A DNA stretch of 61,556 nucleotides from contig KZ538741.1 in the NCBI GenBank assembly GCA_000934665.2, forward strand, positions 1-61,556, in the 5' to 3' direction. The number at the start of each line of letters is the position of its first letter. The first letter of the stretch is position 1. The notes below the pieces were generated by a model. The model was not told where the DNA came from and did not search any database. It saw nothing but the letters and a program-made list of their open reading frames with translations. The DNA comes from Catajapyx aquilonaris. Its lineage: Eukaryota. Shown one piece after another: positions 25,631 to 38,956 of this stretch. The position numbers and the translations under genes were made by a program.

Positions 25631-26206
25631 CCAGCACATTTTTTTGTGCATAATGCAAGGTGCTCACCTGCATGCGTAGCCACAAGTGCACCATTTGCTT
25701 TATCAACATATAAATAGGATGAGATATCTGTGAGCTGAAGGTGCGCAAATATTCAATGCATCCGTGCAGAACCTGTTCCCACAAGTAATCATGTCAACAT
25801 ACCCTTTCCTTATCTTTACAAGGTGAACAAAAGGGCCTAACAAGCTTATTCCCTCCAGAGACTGACTCGGTCTGGCCTGACCTCCCTCTCCATATTTTAT
25901 GTCCCCCCTCCTCTAGTTTTTTTTTGGAAGGTTCTTTCTCCACCCGATAGCCCTATCAGCACGGCCTATTGACTCTGAGAGATTAGTCGAGAAGCACCAC
26001 TCCAATTGACAGCTTGGCTCTTCATGTGTCGTTTTCCCACAGGTAGCTGTCGACCGACACGTGGCCTTCTTTCCTGTTCCTTATCGCTTGTACTGCTCTT
26101 GGCAATAGGGAACTTTACAGCTGACGTTTGGTAAACTAAATCATGGTCACAGGCCCGTTACAATGTATGGAAACAGGCAGGGAAAAAATTGCCGTTCCCT
26201 GTGCAT

Positions 26207-26497
26207 CTCCCTAAAAATTTTCGAGTGAAAATGTCACTCAAAAAAGAGTCATTTCGCAAAATGATCTTTTTGAGCGAATTTCTCTATGGAAAGATTTACC
26301 CAAATCGAGTGAAAAATTACTTGAAATAAGAGTGTAAATGAGTGGGAGACTATTCTTTCATTGAGTAACTTCGCTCAATTTTTCACTCAAGTGATCCAGT
26401 TATTTTCACTTAAAAAGAGTGGGGGTCAAATCAAGCAGGCTAGAGAGTGAAAATCACTCAAATCTAGTGCAAAAAATACTCGAATTTTTTAAGAGTG
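26207..26497. mobile_element. GAGTG/CACTC-rich MITE, copy 4
   Basis: CTAAAAATTTTCGAGT ... ACTCGAATTTTTTAAGAGTG inverted termini; homologous to copies 1 and 3. Confidence 0.7.
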
Positions 26498-28096
26498 CTA
26501 CCACTCTTGCTAAGGTGACAACTTCGAATTTGTTTGGCAGCGATATGACGAATGCTGCCAGAGAAACCATTACAGCAGTTCGCGGGGTCTTCTTTCCAGT
26601 TCAGCAGAAGGTTGAAATTGATACCGGAAGGAAGCAGTTTTTGGAGGAGCAAAAATCTGGGAAACCCGGAGTGATAAACGACATAAAGAGCGACTAGAGA
26701 AATCTTTCTTTCCCCCTCTATGGGAGGTGGGCCACTAGCTTTTTGTCGTAGAAAATGTGTGTGGGGGGGGGGGGGGGAATTTGTCGTGAAGGGATGGTGG
26801 AGGGGTGTGTGCTGTTATCAGGAAACAATCGGGACCAAATGGCGGCTGCAAATAAAGGGGACCGTTTTGCTTCTTCCTTTTTCGAACTCAAGGCGACCCT
26901 CTTTTATTCCCACGGAGGGCCCAGGATATTTCACACCATCAGGTCTCCAGGCAGATTTACGGCCTTTCAATACGATGACTTCACCAGATACCCTCCCTCT
27001 TCAAAAAAAAGTGGCCCATCCATAAAAAAAATATCTAACCCCCCAAAAAACTGCACCGCTGTGATGTCTCAAATATGAAATTTTTGCTTTGTGGGCAGGA
27101 TTTGGAGGGATTTTTTTCCATTCATACACACCTAACACAGCACTTGATCATGTGATCAAGGGCCCCGCTCGATTGTTATTATTTCAACCTCTTTGTCTCG
27201 ACTGCTGGAATAGATAAATCCTATTATAAAGCGTTCTCTTTAGAACTCCAGCTCACGTTTGAAATCACCGGGAATCAATGACAGACGAGCGAGCATTGCT
27301 ATATTCCGTATTAATTACGCTGGCAAATTATCGCAGTTACATATTCCGTCCATATAGATGATTATCAGTTATCAATTACAGATGATAATTTGTAACTGTC
27401 ATAATTTATTTGGGTGATATTATGCATAATAATAGGGCTTGCCACAACATGTTCATTTGGGCGTCACAACTAATGGCAAACAACATTACAGCAGCTTCCC
27501 AATTTTGTAACGTATGCTCGCATTGTCCAGTAGTTTTGTTTGTGCGCTAGTGTACACATCCACATATTCTGACACGACTAATTTTATTTCCATAAAATTA
27601 GCGAAACCACATATTTTTTAAAACAATGTACATTATTTTGTAGTAAGCAAAGTTTCATGCTCATGATTTGCTGGTATAGTGCATGGCCTTACGAAAGTTC
27701 TGACTTCACTTCAATTATTGTTAGCTGCATTGTTGAAATTGTTGCCAATTGACATCGCGTCAGTACCATAAGTCGAGCAATGGGTGAAATGATGGTATAC
27801 GGTATATTTTTTTGTCAAGTGACATACAAACTGTGACAAGTGTCCAAATAAGACCAACTGCACAAGTAAGTGTCCTTTGTCGGCAGCTGGTGTTTGAACC
27901 ATTATTTACGCGTTACACATCAGGAGGGAGAGGAAAGCGACGAATCCACCAGTATCATCAGAGGATCAGGTGCGGAGCATCTATTCAATCGAGGAGGCAA
28001 GTTCTGTCCATAGGGCGACCCGGTTGACCTTTCGTCACGGCCGCTTCCTATGTGTATATGTGTGTCCCCTCCTCTCTCTCTCCCTCTCTCTGTAGT

Positions 28097-28100
<4 letters not shown>

Positions 28101-28156
<56 letters not shown>

Positions 28157-28315
28157 NNNNNNNNNNNNNNNNNNNNNNNNNNNNNNNNNNNNNNNNNNNN
28201 NNNNNNNNNNNNNNNNNNNNNNNNNNNNNNNNNNNNNNNNNNNNNNNNNNNNNNNNNNNNNNNNNNNNNNNNNNNNNNNNNNNNNNNNNNNNNNNNNNNN
28301 NNNNNNNNNNNNNNN
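28101..28315. repeat. (CT)n microsatellite running into an assembly gap (N 28157-28315)
   Basis: 28 CT units followed by 159 N. Confidence 0.97.
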
Positions 28316-31236
28316 GGGGGGGGGGAGACCCAGGACCAGAGAGGGGAGGCAACACATATGAGTATAGGGTGTGCGAAAAGGGGGAGACATTGCGACTGTC
28401 CTCTACCTGACGTTATTAAACATTTCATTTCAGCTCGTAAGCTGCATGGGATGTCTTATTAGCAACGGTTGTGTTATGAAGGTTGGAGCAATTGCGGGAG
28501 AGTGTTGATACACACTCCTGCTGGATAAGGTTCATAAGATTTGCCGAATGATCAGTCGCAATTTGGTTGAAGTAGCACTAGCAGCATTTTGGAATTTTTC
28601 TGAACCGTGATTTGTTTTCTGTGAGAATCAATCAGGAAGACCGCGGTATTGTTCATGACAACTAGGAGCGACTAGGAGAGCAAGTTCATCCTGGCCGTTA
28701 GTTAACCTAAGTGACTCCCTTGTTCAACCGGGTTGCCTGCATTAAGGGGAATCTTTACTCGCCATTTTTTCCCTGAATTTTTGTACTTTCCTCCTTATGC
28801 AGTACTTAGCTGGTACTTACATTGTGCCAAGCGCAATAACGGGTTGCCTGGGGTTGCCTTTCTCCTTATTCCAGCCAACCCCCGAGCCAACCCCCTTGTC
28901 AGCACCCGGCGTCTCCTTTAGGAAAAGCTGGTCAAAAGGGGCGTCCCCTGCGGGGGGTCCGGACAAGAAGTATCCGGGGAGTGTTTGGCGATGAGAGAAT
29001 GATGGCGGGCGATTTAGGGGGCACAGGGCCGGACACGTGCTGGGCCCAGGGGCGGGCACGTGTCGGTGCAGCGGGGGCCGGAGAATTTCTGCGGCTGTAT
29101 CCATATCCTCCGAGCCTATTGTGCCAGTCCTGGGGGCAATTAGACGCCGGGCCCCATTCAATCGGGCGTCCGTCCGGACTTGTTTGCCTCCCATTTCTCA
29201 TGCGGGTGCGGGCCTTATTCCGGGGGGCCTGTCCCACGCTCTGTGTTGCACTTCATCAAGCCCAATATGCCTTTTCCACGGGCCACCCTTCACACTCCGC
29301 AAACTGCTAATCATTAACGCCCACAACGGGTTTTATGCTGCCAGGGCTAATTCCAGGGTAATATAAGGAATAATCCTGATTCCCGCGATAGGTTGCACAC
29401 GTCCTTGGATCGTGCTGGTCCTTGCACCACCCCATAACTGCTGTGGGAGCCTTCTGCTCTTGCCGCACATTGACTCGATAATGAAGATCTAGTTATTCAA
29501 ACCAGTCATATTGCTCGTCAAGCGGAATGGTTAGCGGTCGAACATAGCTGGTGTAACCAGTAGCAATGCGAAACCCGCGAAAAGGTTGGCTGCTAAGTAT
29601 TATGAACGTATCAGGTATACTATGATTCATATGACTGCTGGTAATCTGCAATAATTTTCTAATGCTTGTATATTATCCATCATACGAAGTAAATAGTCAT
29701 CTTTTCTATTGAACCACTACAGTACAAATGTCATTAAAACACAAGAAACGAGTTAAAATCGTAAGCCTTTCAAATAATTTTAATTGATTTGAGGAAAACT
29801 CTTACTGTGCCGTTTGAAGTCATTTTCATAGTGCAGTAAATGCATGTGAATGATTGTAGAGGCGCTCTGAATAATGCAGGAAATTACATCAAAAGCTGAA
29901 GAATATGAACAATTTGATATTCATTTCAAGGTGTGACAAGGATACCGAAATTTTGAAAGCTGTGTTGATGTGCTAACTCAAAGTTGAGAGTCGCGTAAGT
30001 GCCGAATATTTAAATATGTTCTTGTTGCACTTTCACTGTACAGCTTATGTTATTTCACCAGCTAAAGGTTCGGCACATACTATCATTATCAGGAAATATG
30101 TAACAATTTAAAATCGAGACCTGATGGGTAATTACCTTCATAACTATACTAAGTGATTCGTGCAAGTTCTGAAAATTTCAAGTCCAAAAATTTATTCGGG
30201 AACTTGGAAACATCATAATACGACACAAGGAAAAAAAAACTATACTTCATTATTATTATGTAGACTGCGCTGTAATCCAAATAGTGTACTGCACATAATA
30301 ATATACACAACTCGTGTCCACATACCACTGACCACAACTGTAACAATGAGCAAAGTTTATTCAGGTATTTTTCTAGCCAAATGCGGCATATATGAATATT
30401 TGCATGTACTGTACGTAGCAGGCATGTGTATTGTCCAAGCCCCCAGGGATGGAGGAAAAAAGTTATGGATTGTTTACTCCAACAACCACTTTAAAGAGAA
30501 GCAGCAGCCACAACAAATTTCGCCCCTTTAAAACTGGTTGCTGGTGGTAAACAACACATTATTCCTCCGCCCTATCCCATAGTTGAACTACAGTATAATG
30601 ATCGATCAGTATAACCCTGTATAATTACCTCCTATATTGTTCACAAAGATTGAGTTGACGCTGAATTTTGCGGATCTTTTTGAGCATGCATCGCAGTTGG
30701 TTGATTGTGTTAAAAAACAGCATTGATTCTAATATTGTTCAATTGACTGCGTAATGCATTATTGCATATAGTCACGAGTGTGCCACTCCAAAAACTCCAA
30801 TAATATTCCCCACATCTCCACACATGAACTTGACAAACTCCAACACGCACTCCCGCAATAAAAAACCCCCCCATCCTAAACTCTCTCTAAAATTTCAAAA
30901 GGCATGTACCAGTTTTTGCAAGCCTCCGCTAAGCTCACTCGGAGCATAAAATCCTGGGGGAGTGAATGGCGGAGGAAGTGATGCGGTACAGTACACATCT
31001 ATAGACCAAGAGATGCAAGTGGCAGTCTGGCATGAGATGCAGTCGGCTGGGGAATTTCTCCCTTGATCTTCCACCCGGGGATGATCACCCCCCCCCTCCT
31101 CCCAGCATCCCACCCACTCTCTCTCTCTCTCTCTTCCTTCTTCCCCTTTTCCTTCCTCCTTCTCTTTAATTCCCTTTGGACTGCTCAACTCCCGGAGAAA
31201 GGTCGTCGTTCGCAACTGGGCTCCAAGAGGAGGAGC

Positions 31237-31313
31237 CTCTCTCTCTCTCTCCCTCTCTCGTCTCTCNNNNNNNNNNNNNNNNNNNNNNNNNNNNNNNNNN
31301 NNNNNNNNNNNNN

Positions 31314-31354
<41 letters not shown>
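31237..31354. repeat. (CT)n microsatellite containing an assembly gap (N 31267-31313)
   Basis: CT tracts flank 47 N. Confidence 0.97.
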
Positions 31355-31356
<2 letters not shown>

Positions 31357-31879
31357 GGCTCCCAGCTATTGACGTGCCTGCCTGGACTTTTAATAAAACT
31401 CTTGTCTGTTTGGAGCTGATAGATGACTGCACCGGAGTCAGATATTAAACTCAGGCCCCGCTTTGGGAGCGCTGCTTCAGGGCGATGCTGCCTGCCTGCC
31501 TGGCTTGGCTGGCTGGCTGGGCTGGTTGGTTGGCGCACTGGCTCGATGGCTAGGAGAGAAAAGATAAGGGAGAGAAAAAGAGTGGGTGGTGGGGAGGGGG
31601 TACAGAGAAAAGAAAGAAAAGGAGGACAGGAGACGTTGCCGTGGTAGCCGATCCACTCCAGTGATCACCCACGCCCACTCTCGGATCACAATATAGAGGC
31701 GTTAGGAAGCTCTGGAGACGCTGCTCATGCTGGACTTATTCGCAGGATGGTGCTGCTGTTATCAGAAACATTGGTCAAAAGTGAGAACACACGGGGAGTG
31801 GTCACTGGATAATTTGTGGGAGCTGGGAGGCTGTAAAATGCACCATTTGACCTATCCTATCCTATCCTTTCCACGACCT

Positions 31880-32007
31880 CCACCTTGACGTGGTGGTGGG
31901 GGCTTGCGTTTCTCCCCCGTGACCCCAAGAGCCATGCCGGCGATAGCTTCGTCTACTGGCAGGGCCACCCAAGTCGGACAGGTCTTTGGGATAGGAGACA
32001 GACTAAA
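31880..32007 (+). mobile_element. 5' UTR fragment of an RTE-clade (BovB/Expander-like) LINE
   Basis: CCTTGACGTGG...GGGGCTTGCGT...GAGCCATGCCG...GCAGGGCCACCCAAGTCGGACAGGTC follows the recalled motif order of RTE/BovB 5' ends; preceded by (CCTAT)3; no ORF follows. Confidence 0.65.
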
Positions 32008-32080
32008 ATAATTATGTCAGTATGATTTATGTGAAAAATTGTTTACAATATTATGACGCCATGACAATCAGTATTCGATA

Positions 32081-32332
32081 TGTACTGAACTCCCGATTAT
32101 CCGAGCTAATGGCTGCACGAGTGTCTCCGGATAATCGGAAAACACGGATTAGCGGAAAATGGTCCGCAAAATGAGCTATTCGCAGATTTTTAAATGAACG
32201 AGTGTACATAATGTATTCTGCCGTAGCTTTTTTAGTTTGGCTTCTGAGGAAAGAGTGAAGGTTTTTTCGGAATTCTCTTTGTTTTAGCCATGGGCGGATA
32301 ATCCGCACCCGGATAATCTGGAGTAAAGTGTA
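32081..32332. mobile_element. pogo/Tigger-like MITE
   Basis: Inverted termini ACTCCCGATTATCCG / CGGATAATCTGGAGT, repeated CGGATAATC subterminal units, TA at the right end. Confidence 0.65.
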
Positions 32333-32484
32333 TTGCAGTCAATGACATAGATAGAGAAATTCCATCACTTTTACATCTCTTATTTTTTCTCTTCGTTTCT
32401 GTTTACATCTGTCCCATCTTTGCTGTGTATTCTAATAGCCAGGTAGCCATATAGGCTAGTAGTTGTTTTGGCTCTTTCATAATA

Positions 32485-32526
32485 AACCTAAACCTATCCT
32501 AACTTAGCCTATCCTAACCTAACCTA
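32485..32526. repeat. Degenerate (CCTAA/CCTAT)n pentamer array
   Basis: AACCTAAACCTATCCTAACTTAGCCTATCCTAACCTAACCTA; TTAGG-like, as commonly found inside arthropod non-autonomous elements. Confidence 0.7.
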
Positions 32527-34101
32527 CCATTAGTCTAGAATGATTTTCCATGTCGTCGAACTCTTTCCGCAAAAAAAGCCGGCCAGAAACGCTTGGATTT
32601 CACTGGGCTGGTGACGAATGGGGCATTCCCACTCTGTTCGCAGCAGCCTCCCACACACAAACACAAAAATATTGTTGGTATTCTATTAGGCGGAGCGGCA
32701 TTTTCCAATAGTGGGTTTCTGGTTAACACATCATTTAGGAGCGATTTTTTTTCCCCCCGTTGCAAAGTTGGGACTGCCAACTGCGTGTGTATGGTGTGTG
32801 GCTAAGATATACTCCAGTGCTGTTTTACCCCCCTATTTGCCTCATGTATATAGGGTTGCTGGGTGTGCGGCAGCAGCAGTGATCGGTTGGTGGGCTGGAT
32901 AGATGGACCATGCTGCTGGGAAACAGATGCTGACATTTTCTGGCCGGCGAAAGAATGCGAGTAATTTAGTTACCGCACAAATGCCGGATCTCCAACCCTT
33001 GTTTACAGCTGTTGTGATCGCCTCTTAATAGTCCGACACGCGCAAGTTTACTCTCTTCGTTAAAATGCGCGCAACCCTCCATTTGGCAGTAATGACGCTT
33101 GTAATTGATCAGCTCCGAGGTTCAGTGTAATGATCCGATCGTTCATTCGTAACTATCGGGAACGCTTTTGGCCCTCACACATCGGAATGCTGGGGGGGGG
33201 GGGNNGGGGGCATACAAAAGCCAGGTTACAGCATGTTTTGGGGCTACTATAGCCAGTGACGGCCTGTGACATGCTGGAAAAATATATAGAGTTTACCATG
33301 ACGCCATTAGGCCGAAAATAAGGGCTGTTTACAGACAGGTCGAACATACTGATAAAATTAATTGGCACCTTCCACATTTTATTAAGTTGTTGTTGACTCA
33401 CTGTGTACTGTACTACCAAAATACTATGTGCACAGCGAATGTAACTCATGTATAGTTATTGCGGATGGCAGTGGTGTGTAAAGGACAATGCTTCCTAGCT
33501 GTATACAGTAGCATGCATGAAGTGGAGAGGGAAATGCTGGATGGAATAGAGTGGTTTTGAGGGTTTGAAGTGGGGGCGCACCTGACTGATGCTAATAATC
33601 TTATCTCCTAGAGTCAAAGCCCCTGCTGGAGACCTTGTTCCCTTGTCATTTGGATGGCTGTGGCTGGCTCCTGTCACCTGTTGCCACCGCAAATGAGAGG
33701 CCTCAGACCACAAGGCACAATCTGTTGATTACCATCCGCCCTGTGGAATGATGGCTCTTGCGTGATGGGTGTCATAATTAACGAGTCCTATCCTCGGGAG
33801 GACAGGGGTGTGCGTCCTGGAAGATAACCACACGTCTTGCAAACTCCAATCCTTCCAGCTTCCTGGAGCTAGATTTGATCTTCTGGGGTGGGAGGCTCAG
33901 GAAATTGAGATAATTAAGGCATCTCGTCGCTGGTGCCGTAACCATAAACCGATGACATACGCTGAAGTGCTGTGCGGATTATCAGGATTAAATAGGTGAC
34001 GCTGCTTATTCGCAACCTGCTTTCAAAGTCAAACTTGGAGATCGTTATTAGGCGCCATTAGTATGGCCTAAAATGCTGATTTGTAATATAGCCCACCTAT
34101 A

Positions 34102-34320
34102 TACCGTGAATTGTGCCAGGTGGGGTGAGATTGTGCCAGCGCATATTTTAGATAACAGTGCGCCCTACCGCGAATTTTACTCATTATCGCCAACCTTGAC
34201 CGTCCCTCAATGTCGTGAAACATGCCTAAATTTTCTAGTTTACGCCTGCTGCCACTGTTGTCTAAAAATGCGCTGGCACAATCTCATCCCGCCTGACACA
34301 ATCTCATCCAGTTTGACGGC
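34102..34320. mobile_element. pogo-like MITE with long terminal inverted repeats
   Basis: TGAGATTGTGCCAGCGCAT near the left end is perfectly complementary to ATGCGCTGGCACAATCTCA near the right end; outer ends read TA-CCGT and ACGG. Confidence 0.75.
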
Positions 34321-37300
34321 AGCTATATTATCAGCTGCTAAGTATTAAGCTTAATTGAATCATCTGTCCACGCTTTGATTTGCCATTTTTCAGTTGGGAA
34401 TGGTCCATTATTGGAACAACTGACATCGGTCGTCCATGATAAGAGCACATTTTTTTACAGGCTACACCTCCAAAGGATTGGTCCAAGATCACTAACTGAA
34501 ATCAACAGTGGATCGGTTCCAGGACTGGTTCGGCTTCCTCTGTGTATTTTTGCGATCTGCAAATTTGATCTGACAATCATTGTCAACGTGGGGCTTTATG
34601 CAATAAGCTGCAACTGTGTTGAATATGAACCTTGTGCGACAGCTCGCCCAGCAAATATTGCGCAGAGATGATGATAAGTCGACCTTGGCCAAGTTGCCAA
34701 GAGTGTTCGAGCTGATCATCTCCGCGTGCACCGGCAGCAGCAGGGGCAGCAAGAGGGCAAGAGTCGAGCAGGTAATTAATTGTCGTAATGAGGCCGAAGT
34801 GTTGGGTATAGAGCCAGAGAGAGAGAGCTAGGCATTTGGCCCCCGGGCAAAAGCCAAAAGCTCTCTCTGTGCTCCCGTGTTGAGTCTGGGAGCAAAGGGG
34901 CCGCGTCCCCTCGTTCTCATTAGCAGTCTTTATTACCTCAGGCCACCGCAAGGTGGCAGTAATGACAGCTATTAACTCCCGCTGTCACGAGTGCGCCTGC
35001 GCTCTACGACCCCCGAGACCCCCCGTCGTTTTCCAGCGTTATCAGCGCCGCTATTAAATAAATTTTATGCCGTTTAAGCTAAGCCTTGCGCCACCCAGCC
35101 ACGGCTATATTTACCATTCATAAAATGCAAACGCCCTCCCTTTTCTACGGAGGCCCAGGGATATGAGCGCCGCCGCCGAGTGATGAACGGTGACACTCAA
35201 AGCCCGCCTTGAAAGGGGGAAAGCCCCGGCTATGAAGATTACAGAGGCTGGCTGGGGAGGGATGGAAAGGCTAGGGGGGGATATCATCATGGTCTATAGG
35301 TGGGGATGGGATGATTCCAACCGAGGTGCTACCTTCCCTTTCTCTCTCTTTCTCTCTCTTTATTTATTATGAAAGCGCAGGAGAGAGAGAGAGAGAGCAA
35401 TGCGATAGCGGTGCTCAAAGGGCTTCAGAGATTGGAAATTCAAATGTACAGTAAAGCATAGAAAACTGCAGGTTGGATGTGTATAGGCCAAGAGTTGTGC
35501 TGGTGGCTGGTGAGCCCTCCCGCATTCTTTTGCCCGGAGGTTGACAAAAGGGACTGTGCCACCATTGTCGCGGCGTTATTAGATCCCGTTGGGAGGAGGG
35601 ATGGAATGAAGACGACGACTTGTGTGTACGGAACGGGCGACAAACATACGGGGAAGGGTGTTGCGAACATAGATTGCTTTTTAGGGGGAGGTACTGCACT
35701 CTTCTTGCACTTTAATTTATGCAATTCGGCTGCGTTGTTACTATAGGGGCGGACAAGATCTTTACCTATTAGTTATTAAAGATTTTCACAATTAGCAGCA
35801 GTGATCAAAGCAATTTGTTTCTGAAGCTTGGAAATGTTTTGGTTACGAATTACGTATGTTTTAGTTTACGTAATACATTACTAGTTTTTAACAATGTTTG
35901 GTGCTATATTTTTGAACAAGGCGGTGAGACGGATCTGCATTTTAATGATGGTTGTTGCATTCCATCAGCACGATCGAAAAGAGAGGTGCATGATAACAAT
36001 AATGCACTTGAAACCTATTAATTTCAACTTTCATACAGTAACTTGACTAGTGGATATTCAAGTACACTTATAGGATGTGTACGGCGGAAACTTGTACTAC
36101 ATTACTATACCTTTAAAATCCTCCTTTACAATTGCATGGTCCCAAGAAAGACGTAATGCCGTGCGCAGTGTACTGTAGTAGGCTACTGTAGCCTACATTA
36201 GGATGGGCCCATAAGAGATTGTAAAACAATCAGTTCACGTGCATGCGCAGCTATTTTTAAATGACAGTAAATCTTGGTCAAGTAAAATTACTGGACAAAC
36301 ATGCAGACACCGAATAATTTATAAAATACAGATTATTGCGAAATATTGAATGTATTCAGAGACTACGGCCTAATTTTCTTAGTGTCCCTGTATAATTTCT
36401 GAGGGCCACGTTGGTGACCTCTCATTGCTTCACTTCAAGGTGTATACGCCTGGTTTCACTTGCAACATTCTTATTACCCCACTGAAACAATAACACATTG
36501 TTATTGGTAGTCTACCGGTATTGCAATAATTTTTGGTTATAATTAGTAGCTTTACAATGTTACGATTATTGGGATAATGACCCTGTGTGTGTAAAACGAA
36601 TGTATCGAGAACTATAGAAACTTGTATCTGATTCAAATAAATACATACAACTGATGCAAGTACAATAACAACGCGACATATGCCTACAGAAAATCAGCTG
36701 GCAGTGACGAAGGTAACTTTTAAAATTGATCAAGGCCACCGAGAAGTCCAATTTAGTATTGAAATACTCTACTGTACAATGTGAATGGAAGAATCGCACA
36801 CAAAAATAAATAAATAAATAATCCATATAGTGATTTGACTCCTGTGGATTGCACGGACCCTTACAATTTTCGTATACCGTAGTCAGATGATTTGCTAATT
36901 GTTCTATAAATAAATATTAGCTACAATCGTTGACCACTCTCGCTATCTGATACACACTATCATCAATCACCCTTCACCCATAATCACGAGTAGGCTCGAG
37001 TGATATTTAAAGCGACCACAAAATCTTAATAAGATGCGCACACATCAAAGGAGATTCACCCCATCCTCTTCTCTGCATATCTCACAAGGCTGCAGACTAT
37101 AGTCCGCAAGCATTTGGCAACAAAGCCAGCAGATCGCTGCCCTATAAGATGGCAGAAGTACTCGTGACTGTTTGCCAAGTTAGTTGCGGCGCCATAGAAA
37201 CCAGATAAGTCGCAAAAACCCCCCACCTCCTCTCCTATACTATCTCCGTCCTTGCTTTTCCTTTACGAAGGTGGGAGGAGAATGGCGGAGCAGGGGCAGT

Positions 37301-38956
37301 GAATGGTGGAAATGGACGGCGGAAAAGGGAATGAATGCTTGGGGAAAGGACGAGGCAAGGCAGAGAGAGAGAGAGAGAGAGAGAGAAGGCTCCCTTTCTG
37401 GTCTGGTCTGCGCTGGTCTGGCTTTTGGTCTCCCTCGAAGCCAAGGAAACTCAGGGGGGGCTCAGACCGTGCCCAGAATCTAATATCGCCTGATCCCGCA
37501 TTCTTTGCGCCCAGATTCATCTCCTGCTTCCCCTCCCAGCATCCCCAACCTCCCCCCGAGGAGAAACCTCCCGCAGCTTTCCCCCGGTATGGCCATGCTT
37601 ATTCCTGAGACCCCGATCTACTTTGGGGGATTATACATGTTGTGACCGCTGACCTTGCACGCACGGTCCACGGTGCGTTATATGACCATCTGGCTTGTAA
37701 TTAGCGGTTTGAGGGAAACACCGGCGATTGGTTGTGCCTTAGAATGTTGTTATTAGACGCGGAAATGCACTGCACGTGACTAATTCATTGCACTGCAATT
37801 ACAACACCCTTATTTAGTAAAGTCCTAGAATCCACTCAATTGCATCCGATTAATCCGGATAATTGCATAAACCAATTCGCCCACAATGCATATTTGCCGT
37901 ACGTTATGTTTCAGGTATCGGTTCTACACATCGGGCAGCGAATTTTCGTTGGGCAAGTTTGCATCGGGCGTCTGTCGAATGTGCGTCGGGCGAATAATTG
38001 TGACGGAACCAGACTGAGGATCCACCTGAATGTTGCCCCGTGAAAGTGGACAACATGTAAGGCAAGAGAGGCGCATGGGTTGACTATCATCCAGGATGAG
38101 ACAAGGACACTGCTTTTTTGGTGCTTTCCTGGCACATTGAAAGGCGAAGCTAAGCGTGGCACATAAGCCATGCACCGGTGCAGTCAACTCGAATTAGAGG
38201 AATTCATTGTGCTCCAGGTTCATACTCCCTCGAAACAATCCCTTTGGTGGACTCTGAGTTCTGATGAAAAGAATTCGGGAATGGACAGGCCGAACAAGGC
38301 TCTTCATCCCTGCTGGTCTGGTTAGCCCCTGGAGGCCGAAAAGTAGGAGGAATGTAGGCGAAATCAGTATGAGCCGAGTGTATGGGGGGCTATATCTTAG
38401 TCTGGGAGAGATGGGTGGGTGGGTGTATATATATGGGGGAGGGGGGGGGTGGTGGTTGCGAGGGTGAAGGATGGGCGGAAGGGCAGCCGTCGTGGTGCGC
38501 TGCATTGTAGGCATTGCTGGCATAGCACGAGGGGGAAACCGGGGGTTTATTCACCACTCTCCACCTCCTCTCCCAGTGGAATGCGAGGCAGGGATGCTGG
38601 GGCTGGGGAACAGGAGCAGCAGGAGAGAGATCCCTCCAATAAAGGCAGGATAGATCTCTATTTGAAAAACGCATTCGTGCCGTGTAGGGGTCGGCCAGCC
38701 TGTGGGAGGAGGAGGAGGAGGAGGAGGGGTTGAAGGCTGCTGCTGGGATGGGCATGCCGGGGATACGAGGAGGATCACATCACGCATTTACATTAGCAAT
38801 TTCGCTGCTTCTATACTGCTTGACACACAGCAGGATCTACCGAGGTCAAGATTTGCAGAGGGATGTCGTCTTACTGCTTGACCAACTCTTTGCTTCAAAC
38901 GAGTTTAAAATAATACTACCATTTAACCCAGACCTGCCTGACGTCCTATAATCTGG

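Noticed and set aside
32485..32526. Interstitial telomere (TTAGG)n
   Set aside because: Short and degenerate; better explained as an internal repeat of a non-autonomous element.
33084..34966. Exact 13-mer TGGCAGTAATGAC occurring twice
   Set aside because: Dozens of 13-mer repeats are expected by chance in 61 kb, and the flanks do not align.
37870..38010. TCGGGC(GAA) reiterations with GGTTC...GAACC ends
   Set aside because: Probably a transposon scrap, but the boundaries and family cannot be supported.
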